DNA from: Patescibacteria group bacterium
GTDB lineage: Bacteria; Patescibacteriota; WWE3; UBA101185; UBA10185
Assembly: GCA_042571515.1 (NCBI GenBank)
Contig: JBHPHX010000001.1
Span: forward strand, 9,508 to 73,507
Length of the DNA: 64,000 bases
Direction of reading: 5' to 3'
Each line of letters begins with the position of its first letter. Positions within the stretch are counted from its first letter, which is position 1. Shown one piece after another: positions 7,562-17,437 of this stretch. The translations under genes were made by a program, and so were the position numbers. Below the pieces are notes generated by a model. It saw only the letters and a program-made list of their open reading frames with translations. It was not told the origin of the DNA and made no database searches.

Positions 7562-10080
7562 TTTATATTATTCTCCTTATTTTTTCGTCTATTTTCAAGG
7601 GCAATAGCCATCCCCTTATCAAAATCCGTTTCAATCCACTTGGCAATCTTGCCCTCAACATACTCTCTGTCCACACCATACTTATCCCTGCTAAGTTGCT
7701 TCACTTTTTCCACATTATCTGTTTTTGGCACAATAGCTTCTTCTTCAACCCATGGCAGTAAAATCTTTCCTGAGAAAGGCAAAGACGTCATACCATTAAT
7801 CATCATCTTTATATATATCTCAAACCTTCTAAGGGAAATAATGTCCTCATCATCAAAGTAAGGGGCAAATTCACTGGCCAGAGCACGCGCGTCCGGAGCT
7901 CCCAAGCTAAAGGCGGCAATGGTTCCAACGTTCCCGTAAACTGCTTTAAGGAGCTGTTCTGGAAGCTGGGCAGTAAACTGGTGGGTTAGATACAATCCCA
8001 ACTTATACTTTCTAGACTCGGATAATATTTCTTCAAAGGATCCTGTAGCAAAGTTTTGAAACTCGTCTACATACAAGTAGAAAGGGCTTCTGTCGTTGTG
8101 GGGGATATGAGCACGTTGGAGCGCGTAAAACTGGATTCTTGAGACTAAAAGTGCTCCCAACAGGTTAGCATTATCCTGGCCGATTTTACCTTTTGAAAGG
8201 TTTATTAATAGTATTTTTTTGTTATTCATGGCATCCCAAATATCTAGTGTTGATCTCCCCTGCCCTAAAACATTTCTTATTGTGCTTGAAGCTAAAAACC
8301 TATTTACCTTGTTTTGAATAGGGGCGATCGCCTCCGTTACTAATCTTTGGTTTCCTTTAAACTCCTTGTACTCCTTTTCCCAAAACCTCTTCACAACTGG
8401 GTCTTTAACATGGTGTAAAATAAACTTCTGGTAATTGGGGTCCTCTAAAAGTCTTGTTATACCAAGCATTGTGGTACCAGGAACATCTAGCAAGGTTAGA
8501 ATAGAATAGTTAAGTAAATATTCAAGTCTTGGTCCCCAGGAGAAGTCAAAGTGCTGTTTAATAGCCGCTACAAGACCTGATGCAAGGAGGTTTTTTTGAG
8601 AAGGGTCGTCAATTTGCATCAAATTTATTCCTAAAGGTTTCTCTGTATCTGAGGGGTCTACATAAATAACATCATCCACTCTATTGTCTGGAATTGTCTG
8701 CAAAACCGACTCAATTGTCTCTCCATGAGGATCTAACATCCCTACCCCATACCCCTTAGCAATATCTTGGGAAATCATGGAGCTAAATAGTGTTGACTTA
8801 CCCGTACCAGACTTTCCAATAACGTACATGTGACGAATCCTATCATCGCCTTCAGAAAGCCCAAATTTCACCTTTTTACTTCTAAAAACTGTCTCACCAA
8901 TATATACACAATCATCCTTTGGTAGGTTTGATGGGGGCTCTGTCTTACGCGAATATACCCAAGAAATATTTGGAGTGTCTATAGCACCCGAAGGTAGATG
9001 AAACACACTAGCAAGCTCTTCGGTATTTAATATAAAGGAATTATCTGGTTCAAAAAGTCGACTTTTAAACTTTTCCAGGTATGAATTTTTGTTAACAGCC
9101 ACGTTTGTAGCAAAGGTATTTAAACCAGTAACGGAAAATTGCTGAAGGGAGGCTGTAACTAAACGCAACTTTTCCTCTGCTTTCTGTATATTAGGAGCAG
9201 CAGATAAAATACGAATTTCTACCTCGTAGCCCATTTTTGCTAATTTATCTTCCACAGAACTGATTTGAAGCTCCTGTTGTTGAGTGAGTTTGATAATTTC
9301 TGGTTTTTTGATAGGTACCTCTATCTTATTTGGGTCATGGGATTTAAATAACCCTGTGGCTACCCCAGCTGCTATTCCAATGGCCTGTCCGGCCGCTCCT
9401 TTAATAAGATTGTCTTTAAAAGATGGGCCACCTTCTATATATGTTCCTTCTCTAACTTGCTCTACATAGCCATGTCCTGGACCCTGCCATGTGTCCCCAA
9501 CGGGCCTAAATAGGTATTGTAGGGCAATTGTCTCGTCCGCCCCTGCTTGGGAAAGAACGGTTGTTGTGGCAGACATGGGGTCAACTTCAAAATCCCTAAA
9601 AGACTTGATGGGGAAAAAGTCCTCCTTGGTAGTTTTCAGAGTGGCAATCTCAAAGGCCTGGTCGGAAAAATCCAACTTAGCAGCATAATCTTCAATAACA
9701 TTAATTTGAGATTTGGGGTACTGTGCGTACACTTGCCCCTCCACAAATTTAACCATCTCTCTAGGGACAACAATCATAAACCTTAATCCCTTTTCACTAT
9801 CAGAAACCATCTCAAGGGAGAAGTATTCTTGCATATGTTTGTCTTCTCTTAATAACCCATGTAGAGAGGCAAACAGTTGTTCGGCAGCCAATGCAGAAAT
9901 TTTAAAATCAGTCTCTTCGTCACCGCTTCTGAGGATCTTTATTTCCAATATCTCTACTCCTGATGGGCCTAGTGTGGGCTGACTTGCAACAGAAAAGAAG
10001 CGCCTGACAGCAATAAAAATAAGAAACGCGCCTCCTATTACTAATAAAATTGTATATAAAACTCCCATAAAACACGTCAC
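7558..10080 (-). CDS. VirD4/TrwB-like (HerA/FtsK superfamily) ATPase
   Basis: N-terminal TM, GKSGTGKS, LDPHG, LYVDEFQNF, SESRKY, HQF. Confidence 0.9.
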   Translation of the reverse strand: MTCFMGVLYTILLVIGGAFLIFIAVRRFFSVASQPTLGPSGVEILEIKILRSGDEETDFKISALAAEQLFASLHGLLREDKHMQEYFSLEMVSDSEKGLRFMIVVPREMVKFVEGQVYAQYPKSQINVIEDYAAKLDFSDQAFEIATLKTTKEDFFPIKSFRDFEVDPMSATTTVLSQAGADETIALQYLFRPVGDTWQGPGHGYVEQVREGTYIEGGPSFKDNLIKGAAGQAIGIAAGVATGLFKSHDPNKIEVPIKKPEIIKLTQQQELQISSVEDKLAKMGYEVEIRILSAAPNIQKAEEKLRLVTASLQQFSVTGLNTFATNVAVNKNSYLEKFKSRLFEPDNSFILNTEELASVFHLPSGAIDTPNISWVYSRKTEPPSNLPKDDCVYIGETVFRSKKVKFGLSEGDDRIRHMYVIGKSGTGKSTLFSSMISQDIAKGYGVGMLDPHGETIESVLQTIPDNRVDDVIYVDPSDTEKPLGINLMQIDDPSQKNLLASGLVAAIKQHFDFSWGPRLEYLLNYSILTLLDVPGTTMLGITRLLEDPNYQKFILHHVKDPVVKRFWEKEYKEFKGNQRLVTEAIAPIQNKVNRFLASSTIRNVLGQGRSTLDIWDAMNNKKILLINLSKGKIGQDNANLLGALLVSRIQFYALQRAHIPHNDRSPFYLYVDEFQNFATGSFEEILSESRKYKLGLYLTHQFTAQLPEQLLKAVYGNVGTIAAFSLGAPDARALASEFAPYFDDEDIISLRRFEIYIKMMINGMTSLPFSGKILLPWVEEEAIVPKTDNVEKVKQLSRDKYGVDREYVEGKIAKWIETDFDKGMAIALENRRKNKENNIK

Positions 10081-10139
10081 ACCCGCCCTTATTAGGAGCG
10101 GGTGTTTAGAAAGGAGAGAGACAACGTAGGGTAATTATC

Positions 10140-11168
10140 TTATATCGAATTTGCAAAGTCAAGGCCAATAAGCACTGTGATGTCTGATCGTACAATTTCG
10201 GAATCTGTAAACGAGGTTGCTTCCTCAATAGATAAAACTTGGGAAATGTTAAAAAATTCTTGCATAAACTGTGCCGTATGGGACTCCGGGTTATTGGTTA
10301 TTAATATACTTTTATCTAATCTACTAGCAGAATTGTCAACCGCTACTACCCTACCCCCCATATTTCGTAGAAGACGCGCACCAACATTAGCCACGCCAGA
10401 GGTGTCTGTGGCATTTAGTACCGCAATGCTCTTATTCTCATTTGATATTTCCAGACTAAATGTCAAATCCTGTAGTTCTTCGTCAAGCAAGTTAGGCCTT
10501 TGGTAATAAGTTTCACCCAACTCCACTCTTAGTGTTCTATCATCAGGCAGGGATTGGGAAAATTTATATAGTTCGAAAATTTCCACTAACTTGAAGTTTG
10601 TTTTCAAAGTAGAATTCAGGGCAGTAAAGTTTATATCCTTACCCAAAAAGTCTAACTCTCCATCTAACAGATCTTCAAAAATATACCTTTTGTTTGCCTG
10701 TACAAAAACATACCTATCTACGGGAAATCCAAAAAACTTACTAATAGAACTGTTGGCCAAATCAAAACAGTCCTCGGGTGTGTTTTTGGCGCTTAGGCCA
10801 CAGAGAGCCAACATGTTGGAAAGGGGTTCAACCCCATAAACTCCGGGCATATCGAGCTCATAAAAGGGAGAGATCTCGTAGTTAACAATTTTAGAATTTT
10901 CCACGTCTACAAGTACAAAATTTATTCTTTTTATAAGCTGGGTTTCATTTTCAAAATCATCTACTGTGACAAAAGCAACGGAATACAAGGATTCATTTAA
11001 TGGCGTGATGCTGCTGGAGGAAAAGGCCGCTGAATAGCCTCTGGTTAGATTTTTGTAAATGAAAAATCCACCCAAAAATAAACTACTTATGACAAAAGCA
11101 GAAAACGCGTAAAGTACGCGTTTTATCTTCTTTTGTATAGCTTTTTTTCGGGCAGACTTCCTGGGCAT
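10140..11168 (-). CDS. LCP-like membrane protein with LytR C-terminal domain
   Basis: N-terminal TM; IAVLNAT..GVA and DITVLIGLDF. Confidence 0.75.
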   Translation of the reverse strand: MPRKSARKKAIQKKIKRVLYAFSAFVISSLFLGGFFIYKNLTRGYSAAFSSSSITPLNESLYSVAFVTVDDFENETQLIKRINFVLVDVENSKIVNYEISPFYELDMPGVYGVEPLSNMLALCGLSAKNTPEDCFDLANSSISKFFGFPVDRYVFVQANKRYIFEDLLDGELDFLGKDINFTALNSTLKTNFKLVEIFELYKFSQSLPDDRTLRVELGETYYQRPNLLDEELQDLTFSLEISNENKSIAVLNATDTSGVANVGARLLRNMGGRVVAVDNSASRLDKSILITNNPESHTAQFMQEFFNISQVLSIEEATSFTDSEIVRSDITVLIGLDFANSI

Positions 11169-11275
11169 GTATTTACATATTATATGTTAAGTCAGTCATT
11201 TTCAAGGTTTTGGGTATTTTTTGGTATAATAGCAATAACCATAATAATTCTAATCTCACATAAAAGGAGGAAGAG

Positions 11276-11515
11276 ATGTCAGAAAAAGACGAGACAATAA
11301 AGTGTAGATGTGAGTCGGACGCAACTGGCGAGTGTGTAGACTGCGGCATCCCTATATGTAGCTTCCACTCATTCAGTAAGAAAGTACCAATGCACTCGAC
11401 TTCAGACTGGTGTCCTATATGCATTGGCGCAACAGACAACGAAACGTACATGAATAGTTTTTGGGTGGAACCAAATAAAAAGAAGAAATTGGAGAGAGAA
11501 ACCCAGTTGGAATAA
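11276..11515 (+). CDS. Small Cys/His zinc-binding (B-box-like) protein
   Basis: CxC..CxxC..CxxH..CxxC; SD AAGGAGG; upstream TATAAT. Confidence 0.7.
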   Translation: MSEKDETIKCRCESDATGECVDCGIPICSFHSFSKKVPMHSTSDWCPICIGATDNETYMNSFWVEPNKKKKLERETQLE

Positions 11516-11525
11516 ACAGAGGCCC

Positions 11526-12251
11526 CTATAACTCAGAAAATTCTTTGGGTATGGGGGCTTCAAAATTTACAGGCTCTTTTTTGTCAGGATGAACGAAGGA
11601 AATAGCCTTAGAATGCAACATTAGTCTATCGAAAATACCGCTCAACTGAGCCATATTATTAGATGTTGAGTAAATTTTATCTCCAACTATAGGAAATTTG
11701 AGTGCTGCTAGGTGAACTCTAATCTGATGTGTCCTCCCCGTCTCTGGATAAACCCTTAAAAGTGTAAATTTCTCGCCTTCTTTTTCAAAATTTTTCTCTA
11801 GCTCAATGTTTGTTACAGCCTCCCTACCACTCGGATCAATACCCATTTTTAATCTGTTTTTAGGGCTTCTTTTTATAGGAGCTTCCACTCTAACCTTAGC
11901 ATCTGTAAACTCCCCTATTACTACAGCTAGGTATTCCTTTTTTACTTCTCTATTTTGAAATTGTTTTTTTATATGATTAAAGGCTTCCTCTGTTTTTGTA
12001 CCTATTATTACCCCTGATGTATCCTTATCCAAACGATGAACAATACCTGACCTTTGTGCAAACTCGGACTCGCCCAAAAAAGTCTTAGGATACTTTTCCT
12101 CTATAAAATCCTGGAGTGTATCCTTTGGCGAGGTTTCAGATCTATTTACAACCACACCTTGAGGCTTATCAATGATGATGAGGAAATCATCCTCAAACAT
12201 AATCTGTTTGCACAACCAGGTCTGAGGCTTGTTCTTTTTTATTAGAGACAT
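11526..12251 (-). CDS. RluA/RluD-family pseudouridine synthase
   Basis: IDKPQG, VHRLDKDTSG, TGRTHQIRVH. Confidence 0.95.
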   Translation of the reverse strand: MSLIKKNKPQTWLCKQIMFEDDFLIIIDKPQGVVVNRSETSPKDTLQDFIEEKYPKTFLGESEFAQRSGIVHRLDKDTSGVIIGTKTEEAFNHIKKQFQNREVKKEYLAVVIGEFTDAKVRVEAPIKRSPKNRLKMGIDPSGREAVTNIELEKNFEKEGEKFTLLRVYPETGRTHQIRVHLAALKFPIVGDKIYSTSNNMAQLSGIFDRLMLHSKAISFVHPDKKEPVNFEAPIPKEFSEL

Positions 12252-12606
12252 ACTTTTTGACTGTTAGTAAAACGTCTTCTGGTTTAATATCGGACTTCAC
12301 TAAAAAATCCTTTGCACCTAGTTCCATACACGTTTTTTTCACGTTTTCATCGCCCAGATTACTAACTACAACCACCGGCTTTAATTTCAAATCCTCGCGC
12401 CCCTTTATTTTGCGGAGTAGTTCTATGCCATCCATAGTAGGAAGCATTATATCCAACAATAATAAGTCCCAATCTTTTTCTTGAGCAACTCTCCACCCGC
12501 TCATGCCCTCCGCTACCTCTATAACCTCAAATTTATCTTCCCTCAAAACCTCCGCGTACATGGCACGGATATTTGTTTCGTCTTCAATTAGCAATATTTT
12601 TTTCAT
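12193..12606 (-). CDS. Single-domain response regulator (receiver)
   Basis: LLIEDE, LLDIMLPTMDG, FLVK. Confidence 0.9.
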   Translation of the reverse strand: MKKILLIEDETNIRAMYAEVLREDKFEVIEVAEGMSGWRVAQEKDWDLLLLDIMLPTMDGIELLRKIKGREDLKLKPVVVVSNLGDENVKKTCMELGAKDFLVKSDIKPEDVLLTVKKYVSNKKEQASDLVVQTDYV

Positions 12607-12877
12607 TTATTAAACCTATGGCTACAGCAATCAGGCCACAACTAATCACAACATCAAATACATTAAAGTACAATATTTCCAAAAAGGCTATGTTATCTAA
12701 AACGCACCCTGTCGAAAAGAACTGATAAAAATTTCCAACACCTCCAAGCAAAACTAGCACCGCACCAACTTTGGAGACTATTCTTTCCTGAGTATACAGG
12801 ACATAAAATGTAAAGAAAACAACCAGTGCAACAACAAAGGGCAAAGAAGGGGGGTTGCAATTAAACTGCTGAGTCAT
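12584..12877 (-). CDS. lspA: Signal peptidase II (LspA)-like, shortened
   Basis: GGVGN...GCVLD...FNVFD; typical position near dksA and rluA. Confidence 0.65.
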   Translation of the reverse strand: MTQQFNCNPPSLPFVVALVVFFTFYVLYTQERIVSKVGAVLVLLGGVGNFYQFFSTGCVLDNIAFLEILYFNVFDVVISCGLIAVAIGLINEKNIAN

Positions 12878-13859
12878 GCCTAGAAGCTTCATATGTGGTG
12901 GTGGCTTCGGGATATGCTTCCAGACGTGCTTTGTCGATTGGCTCGCCTGTAATTTCACACGTTCCATATTCCCCATTGTCCATTCTTTTTAAGGCTTTAC
13001 CAATTTGCTTTTTCATTTCCAATATGTTGGCTTTCTGGACCTCTAATTCTACCTTAGCCCTATCTTCCAAAAGAGCTTCGTCCATTGCTTCTGCGTTACC
13101 AACGTCCCTTCCCTCCTGCAAATAGGGGTCTTCTTGCTCTATCTCAATTAACTCCTCTTCTAATCTCTTCTTCTTTTGCATTAATTTTTCTTTTTGGGAA
13201 TCTAAAAAGGTTTTGTCTAGCATATTTTTCCTTGTTTTTAAAGTAAATTTAAACCCTAGCTTGTATCTTTTGTACAAGACTAGTGAAACAATTGTAAGTG
13301 CAAAAATATAAAATATCAAATGAAATCTTATGGGGCTGATTGACAGTAAAAACAACGCTGATAGTGCAAAAGTTAATCCCGAGGGAATTCTTATACGCAC
13401 GTTATGGGCTATTATAAAATAGAAACCTACGCCAATGGCCCTGTAGATTTGGCCTAAATCCTGATATATTAACCCAAATCCCAATAGAGTTAGAGAAATT
13501 GAAATTAAAACAACAAATGAAAATATGTCCAGCAGTCTATATATAGACCAGTGCCAAAACTTAGATGCAAATACAATTGATACCAGTAAAAGTCCTAGGA
13601 AGGAATATACGCAAAAGGAAATATAACGAACGTCTGAGTATCTGTGATAAAAACGACTGAAATACGCTGCTAGAGAAATCATTGCGATCCAAACGAACAG
13701 GTTTATAAAAAAGAGGTCAAATATTCTTTCTAGATCAAACCCATCCCCTCTTCCTTCGAACCAACAAATAAACAAGGATAGTAAAAATCCCAAAAATATA
13801 AATAAATACACTGTGTGGAAGGTGAATGTTTTGATTGTAATTAGTTCTGTTATCTGCAT
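12861..13859 (-). CDS. Lgt-like membrane domain fused to TraR/DksA domain
   Basis: About 200 aa hydrophobic N-terminus; C-terminal coiled coil and YGTCEITGEPIDKARLEAYPEAT. Confidence 0.8.
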   Translation of the reverse strand: MQITELITIKTFTFHTVYLFIFLGFLLSLFICWFEGRGDGFDLERIFDLFFINLFVWIAMISLAAYFSRFYHRYSDVRYISFCVYSFLGLLLVSIVFASKFWHWSIYRLLDIFSFVVLISISLTLLGFGLIYQDLGQIYRAIGVGFYFIIAHNVRIRIPSGLTFALSALFLLSISPIRFHLIFYIFALTIVSLVLYKRYKLGFKFTLKTRKNMLDKTFLDSQKEKLMQKKKRLEEELIEIEQEDPYLQEGRDVGNAEAMDEALLEDRAKVELEVQKANILEMKKQIGKALKRMDNGEYGTCEITGEPIDKARLEAYPEATTTYEASRHDSAV

Positions 13860-14405
13860 TTAGGCTTTAGATACGTATTCCCCACTTTTGGTGTTTATTT
13901 TGATTTTATCTCCCACCTTTATAAAAGTAGGGACTTTAATTTGAGCACCTGTGTCTATTGTAGCGTCTTTCATTACGTTTGACACTGTGTTGCCCTTGTA
14001 CCCTGGGGTAGTATTTATCACCTTAAAAATCAGGGTGTTTGGAAGCTCAATAAGCATTGGCTTTCCTTCGAAGTACAAGGCCAGTACAGATGCGCCTTCT
14101 GCCAGAAATTTTGACTCTTTTCCAATTTTGATTGGAAGCTGCTCATATGTTTTAGGGTCCATAAAGATGTATTTACCATCGTCTTTATAGAGATACTGGA
14201 CGTTTTTTCTAAAAACATCTGCGTCTTCTACTTTGGCACTACTTTGATATCTTTTTTCAGAGATTTGTCCGGATAGTAAGTTGCGGGCTTTAATTTTGAT
14301 TGTGGCACCGCCTCTAGCAGTTTTGGTATGCTCATATTTTTCCACTACAAAGGGATTACCACCTTCCTTAAATATCGTTCCTGTTTTGAGGCTACTCGCA
14401 AGCAT
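13860..14405 (-). CDS. efp: Elongation factor P
   Basis: KTARGGA loop, PGYKGNT, VPTFI, GEYVSKA. Confidence 0.95.
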   Translation of the reverse strand: MLASSLKTGTIFKEGGNPFVVEKYEHTKTARGGATIKIKARNLLSGQISEKRYQSSAKVEDADVFRKNVQYLYKDDGKYIFMDPKTYEQLPIKIGKESKFLAEGASVLALYFEGKPMLIELPNTLIFKVINTTPGYKGNTVSNVMKDATIDTGAQIKVPTFIKVGDKIKINTKSGEYVSKA

Positions 14406-14445
14406 GAGGGGATTATATCAGATGTGTTAAAATATCGGGGTATTG

Positions 14446-14533
14446 GCCGTGGTGGCGGAATGGCATACGCGGTGGTCTCAAAAACCACTGGGCTAACAAG
14501 CCCGTGTGGGTTCGACTCCCACCCACGGCACCA
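14446..14533 (+). tRNA. tRNA-Leu(CAA)
   Basis: GCCGTGG/CCACGGC-ACCA, GTGGT-CTCAAAA-ACCAC, long variable arm, TTCGA. Confidence 0.95.
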
Positions 14534-14539
14534 ATAAAG

Positions 14540-14566
14540 AATATTGCCTTTAGGCAATATTTTTTG
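14540..14566 (+). terminator. Terminator after tRNA-Leu
   Basis: AATATTGCCT/AGGCAATATT plus T-run. Confidence 0.7.
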
Positions 14567-14665
14567 TTGATGTTGTGGTTAGGGGTTGGGCCGCTTGTAC
14601 TCAAGCAGGTTCATACTTTACGAGCGTAGCGAGGAAAGGTAGCGATCCTGAGCTTGCCGAAGGAG

Positions 14666-14731
14666 CGCGTTCTCCCACCCACGGCACCAATTAGAAACGC
14701 AGTTTCGCGTTCTCCCACCCACGGCATCAAT
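14666..14731 (+). repeat. Two tandem copies of the tRNA-Leu 3' end
   Basis: CGCGTTCTCCCACCCACGGCA(C/T)CAAT at 14666 and 14706. Confidence 0.9.
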
Positions 14732-14804
14732 AAGAAATAAAGAAAAAAACGGTAGTCTTGGACAAACGTACCGTTTTTCTTTGATATACAACAATTACTC
14801 CTTT

Positions 14805-15005
14805 TCAGTCCCTGATCTTAAAACCGAGCTCTTCAAAACCTGGACTATTAAAAAAGGTCGGGCAGAGTTGCATTTCTCTATATTCTTCCTCGCTTGAAAT
14901 CCTCCAACCTTCTGGGACAGTTAGTTTTTCCACGTGCTCTTCTAGAACTAACACTCCCCAATGATCCTCCCGATCCGAAACGTAGTACACCCATTTAAAA
15001 TCCAT
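14805..15005 (-). CDS. Small hypothetical protein, paralog of 15018-15233
   Basis: Shared WxYY...VPExWRxSS...FEELGFKI; SD AAGGAG. Confidence 0.8.
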   Translation of the reverse strand: MDFKWVYYVSDREDHWGVLVLEEHVEKLTVPEGWRISSEEEYREMQLCPTFFNSPGFEELGFKIRD

Positions 15006-15017
15006 ATTTATCTCCTT

Positions 15018-15233
15018 TCAACCTTTAATTATCTTGAAACCGAGTTCTTCAAACTCTGGTTCATCAGAATAGACAATCCTGAGTTTCTTTTCTATATGCT
15101 CTTTCCAGCTTGATACTCTCCAGTCCTCGGGCACAAATAGGTTTTCTACATCCTTTCTTAGAACTGTCACTCCCAAACAATCACCTTTATACCGAATATA
15201 GTACGCCCATACGAATCCCGTATTAGCTTCCAT
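15018..15233 (-). CDS. Small hypothetical protein, paralog of 14805-15005
   Basis: Same motifs; SD AAAAGGAG. Confidence 0.8.
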   Translation of the reverse strand: MEANTGFVWAYYIRYKGDCLGVTVLRKDVENLFVPEDWRVSSWKEHIEKKLRIVYSDEPEFEELGFKIIKG

Positions 15234-15288
15234 ATTAGCTCCTTTTTGATTTCAATTAGAATATATCTTTACGGGTATTGTAGCATAT

Positions 15289-16623
15289 TCATTCATCTCC
15301 CTCTCTTTTTGTCTCCATCTCAAAAAACTGGGTTCTGTCAGATTTGAAGTAAAGATCTAGTTGCCCTGTGGGGCCATTTCTGTGCTTTGCAATAATTAAT
15401 TTTGCGTGCTCCCTATCCTCATCATCCGGTCTATATAAAAACATAACTATGTCTGCATCCTGCTCAATTGACCCTGAGTCTCTAAGGTCGGAAAGCTGGG
15501 GGCGCTTCTCCCCTCCTCTTTGCTCCACAGCACGGGAAAGCTGTGATACCGCCAAAACTGGCACCTTTAATTCTCTAGCTAAGTTCTTTAAAGACTGGGA
15601 GATTTCCGACACTTCTTGCACCCTACTCTCTTGTCTACGCCCACGCACCAACTGAAGATAGTCCACAATTATTAAATCAATATCTTTATCCATTATTAAT
15701 CTCCTAGCCTTGGTCCTCATTTCCAAAACACTCTGGCCTGGAGTGTCATCTATATAAATTGGGGCTTCAGAAAGTTCGCCTGCCGCAATTCCATATTTCT
15801 CAAAATCATCTGGCTGCAAGTTTCCTGTAGTTATCCTCCAGTTCTCAATATCTCCCTGCGATGAGATCATTCTATCTACAATGGACTCTCTGCCCATCTC
15901 CAAAGAAAATAGCGCAACTCCGATACCATGTTCCACTGCCGCATGTTGTGCAATATTTATTGCAAGAGAAGTTTTACCAACCGAGGGTCTGGCAGCTAGA
16001 ATAATTAGATCCTCACCTTGTAATCCAGAAAGCATTCTATCCAAAGTTTTAAAACCAGTGGGAACACCCCTTAAGGCACCCTTTGTTTTACTTAGCTCAT
16101 CCAACCTCTCAAATGTAACTTCCAAAGTTTCTTTAATGGGTGTAAAGTCCTGATGAATCTTGTCCTGAGATACTGAGTAAATTACTTGCTCTACTTCATC
16201 TAAAAGCTTGTCAACATCAATTTCGTTGAATACTAATTCCCCTATAGAACCCGACGCTGTAAGTACTGCTCTTCTGACTGCATCGTTTCTGATAATTTTG
16301 GCGTAATGTTCCACGTTGGCTGCCGTAGGAACAAAGTTTACAAGTTCTGTAAGATAAGATACCCCACCCACTTTATCAAGCTCCCCCATATCCTTAAGCT
16401 CAGTTTTTACTGTAATCATGTCTGCGGGCTCTCTTTTTTCAAACAAATTTAATATTGCCTCATATATTTTGGCGTGTGCTGTTTTATAAAAATGATGCTC
16501 CTTTAGAAATTCCACAACCTTTACTATTGCGTCCTTGTCCAACAACAAGGCACCAAGTACAGACTGCTCGGCTTCTAAGTTATGTGGGGGCACCAAACTT
16601 TTATCAATCGTTTCTTTTGGCAT
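15289..16623 (-). CDS. dnaB: Replicative DNA helicase
   Basis: PPHNLEAE, AARPSVGKT, VDYLQL, SQLSR, LRDSGSIEQDAD. Confidence 0.98.
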   Translation of the reverse strand: MPKETIDKSLVPPHNLEAEQSVLGALLLDKDAIVKVVEFLKEHHFYKTAHAKIYEAILNLFEKREPADMITVKTELKDMGELDKVGGVSYLTELVNFVPTAANVEHYAKIIRNDAVRRAVLTASGSIGELVFNEIDVDKLLDEVEQVIYSVSQDKIHQDFTPIKETLEVTFERLDELSKTKGALRGVPTGFKTLDRMLSGLQGEDLIILAARPSVGKTSLAINIAQHAAVEHGIGVALFSLEMGRESIVDRMISSQGDIENWRITTGNLQPDDFEKYGIAAGELSEAPIYIDDTPGQSVLEMRTKARRLIMDKDIDLIIVDYLQLVRGRRQESRVQEVSEISQSLKNLARELKVPVLAVSQLSRAVEQRGGEKRPQLSDLRDSGSIEQDADIVMFLYRPDDEDREHAKLIIAKHRNGPTGQLDLYFKSDRTQFFEMETKREGDE

Positions 16624-16637
16624 CTATATTTTAGATC

Positions 16638-17294
16638 CTAATGTTTGGGCTTTAGTACAAAAACGCCCATTTCTTCACTGGGCAGATCGATGTCTCTTGA
16701 AACCTTAAGGCTCTCCACTTCCTTTATACCATTTTCTTCACCCATTGCCTCCAAGAAAACTTTAATTCCATCCAATTTCTTGGACAATTTTAGGTCTTCT
16801 GTTTGGTAATGCATAGGTATAACCGCTTTAGGCTCAATGGAGGAAATTACTTTAGTGGCAGTGTTTGCGTTAATTGTGTAGGTACCTCCAACAGGTATCA
16901 TAAGTATATCTATGTCGGGTAGCCGTTCCATAGTTTCCTTTGAAAGTTCATGTCCCAGATCCCCCAAATGTAATAAATTAAACCCATCAATTTCGATAAA
17001 GTATATTGTATTGTCTCCCCTATCCACTCCATTTTTTGTGTCATGTTTTGTGGAAAAACCAGAAATATAAGTTCCGGCCATTTCGTATTCGCCAGGAGTT
17101 TTGATGTGGAGTTTATAATCACTTACACCTTTGACGTATCCATGGTCATCGTGATCGTGGGTGGTTAAAACTATGTCAGCACCCAGCTTTGGAAGTTTGA
17201 ATCCAACTTTTGTAGGGTCATAGGGATCAATAACAACAGTGGTGTCTTTTCCCTTTATTCTAAAGCACGCATGACCAATGTAAGTTATTTCCAT
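16638..17294 (-). CDS. Metallo-beta-lactamase-fold hydrolase
   Basis: GHACF, THDHDDH, HLGD, IPMHY. Confidence 0.9.
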   Translation of the reverse strand: MEITYIGHACFRIKGKDTTVVIDPYDPTKVGFKLPKLGADIVLTTHDHDDHGYVKGVSDYKLHIKTPGEYEMAGTYISGFSTKHDTKNGVDRGDNTIYFIEIDGFNLLHLGDLGHELSKETMERLPDIDILMIPVGGTYTINANTATKVISSIEPKAVIPMHYQTEDLKLSKKLDGIKVFLEAMGEENGIKEVESLKVSRDIDLPSEEMGVFVLKPKH

Positions 17295-17409
17295 GGGTAT
17301 ATATTAACACACACAATATTGATTTCTACCAAAGAAAAACGCCCTACAGCATAACTTTACTGCAAGGGGAAGTGGTTCCAAATTCCTTACACCAGATGGA
17401 ATACTATCG

Positions 17410-17437
17410 GGGGTCAGACCCGTACGGGTCTGACCCC
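17410..17437. repeat. Perfect 28-bp palindrome, REP-like
   Basis: GGGGTCAGACCCGTACGGGTCTGACCCC. Confidence 0.85.

Noticed and set aside
7558-10080. Conjugative element
   Set aside because: Lone VirD4-like ATPase without relaxase or other T4SS genes; such genes are common in CPR chromosomes
11170-11195. XerD-arm-like ATGTTAAGT
   Set aside because: No partner arm at dif spacing; overlaps the TATAAT box of the 10140-11168 gene
14666-14731. CRISPR array
   Set aside because: Two copies only, matching a tRNA end; no cas genes or repeat-spacer array seen in the window
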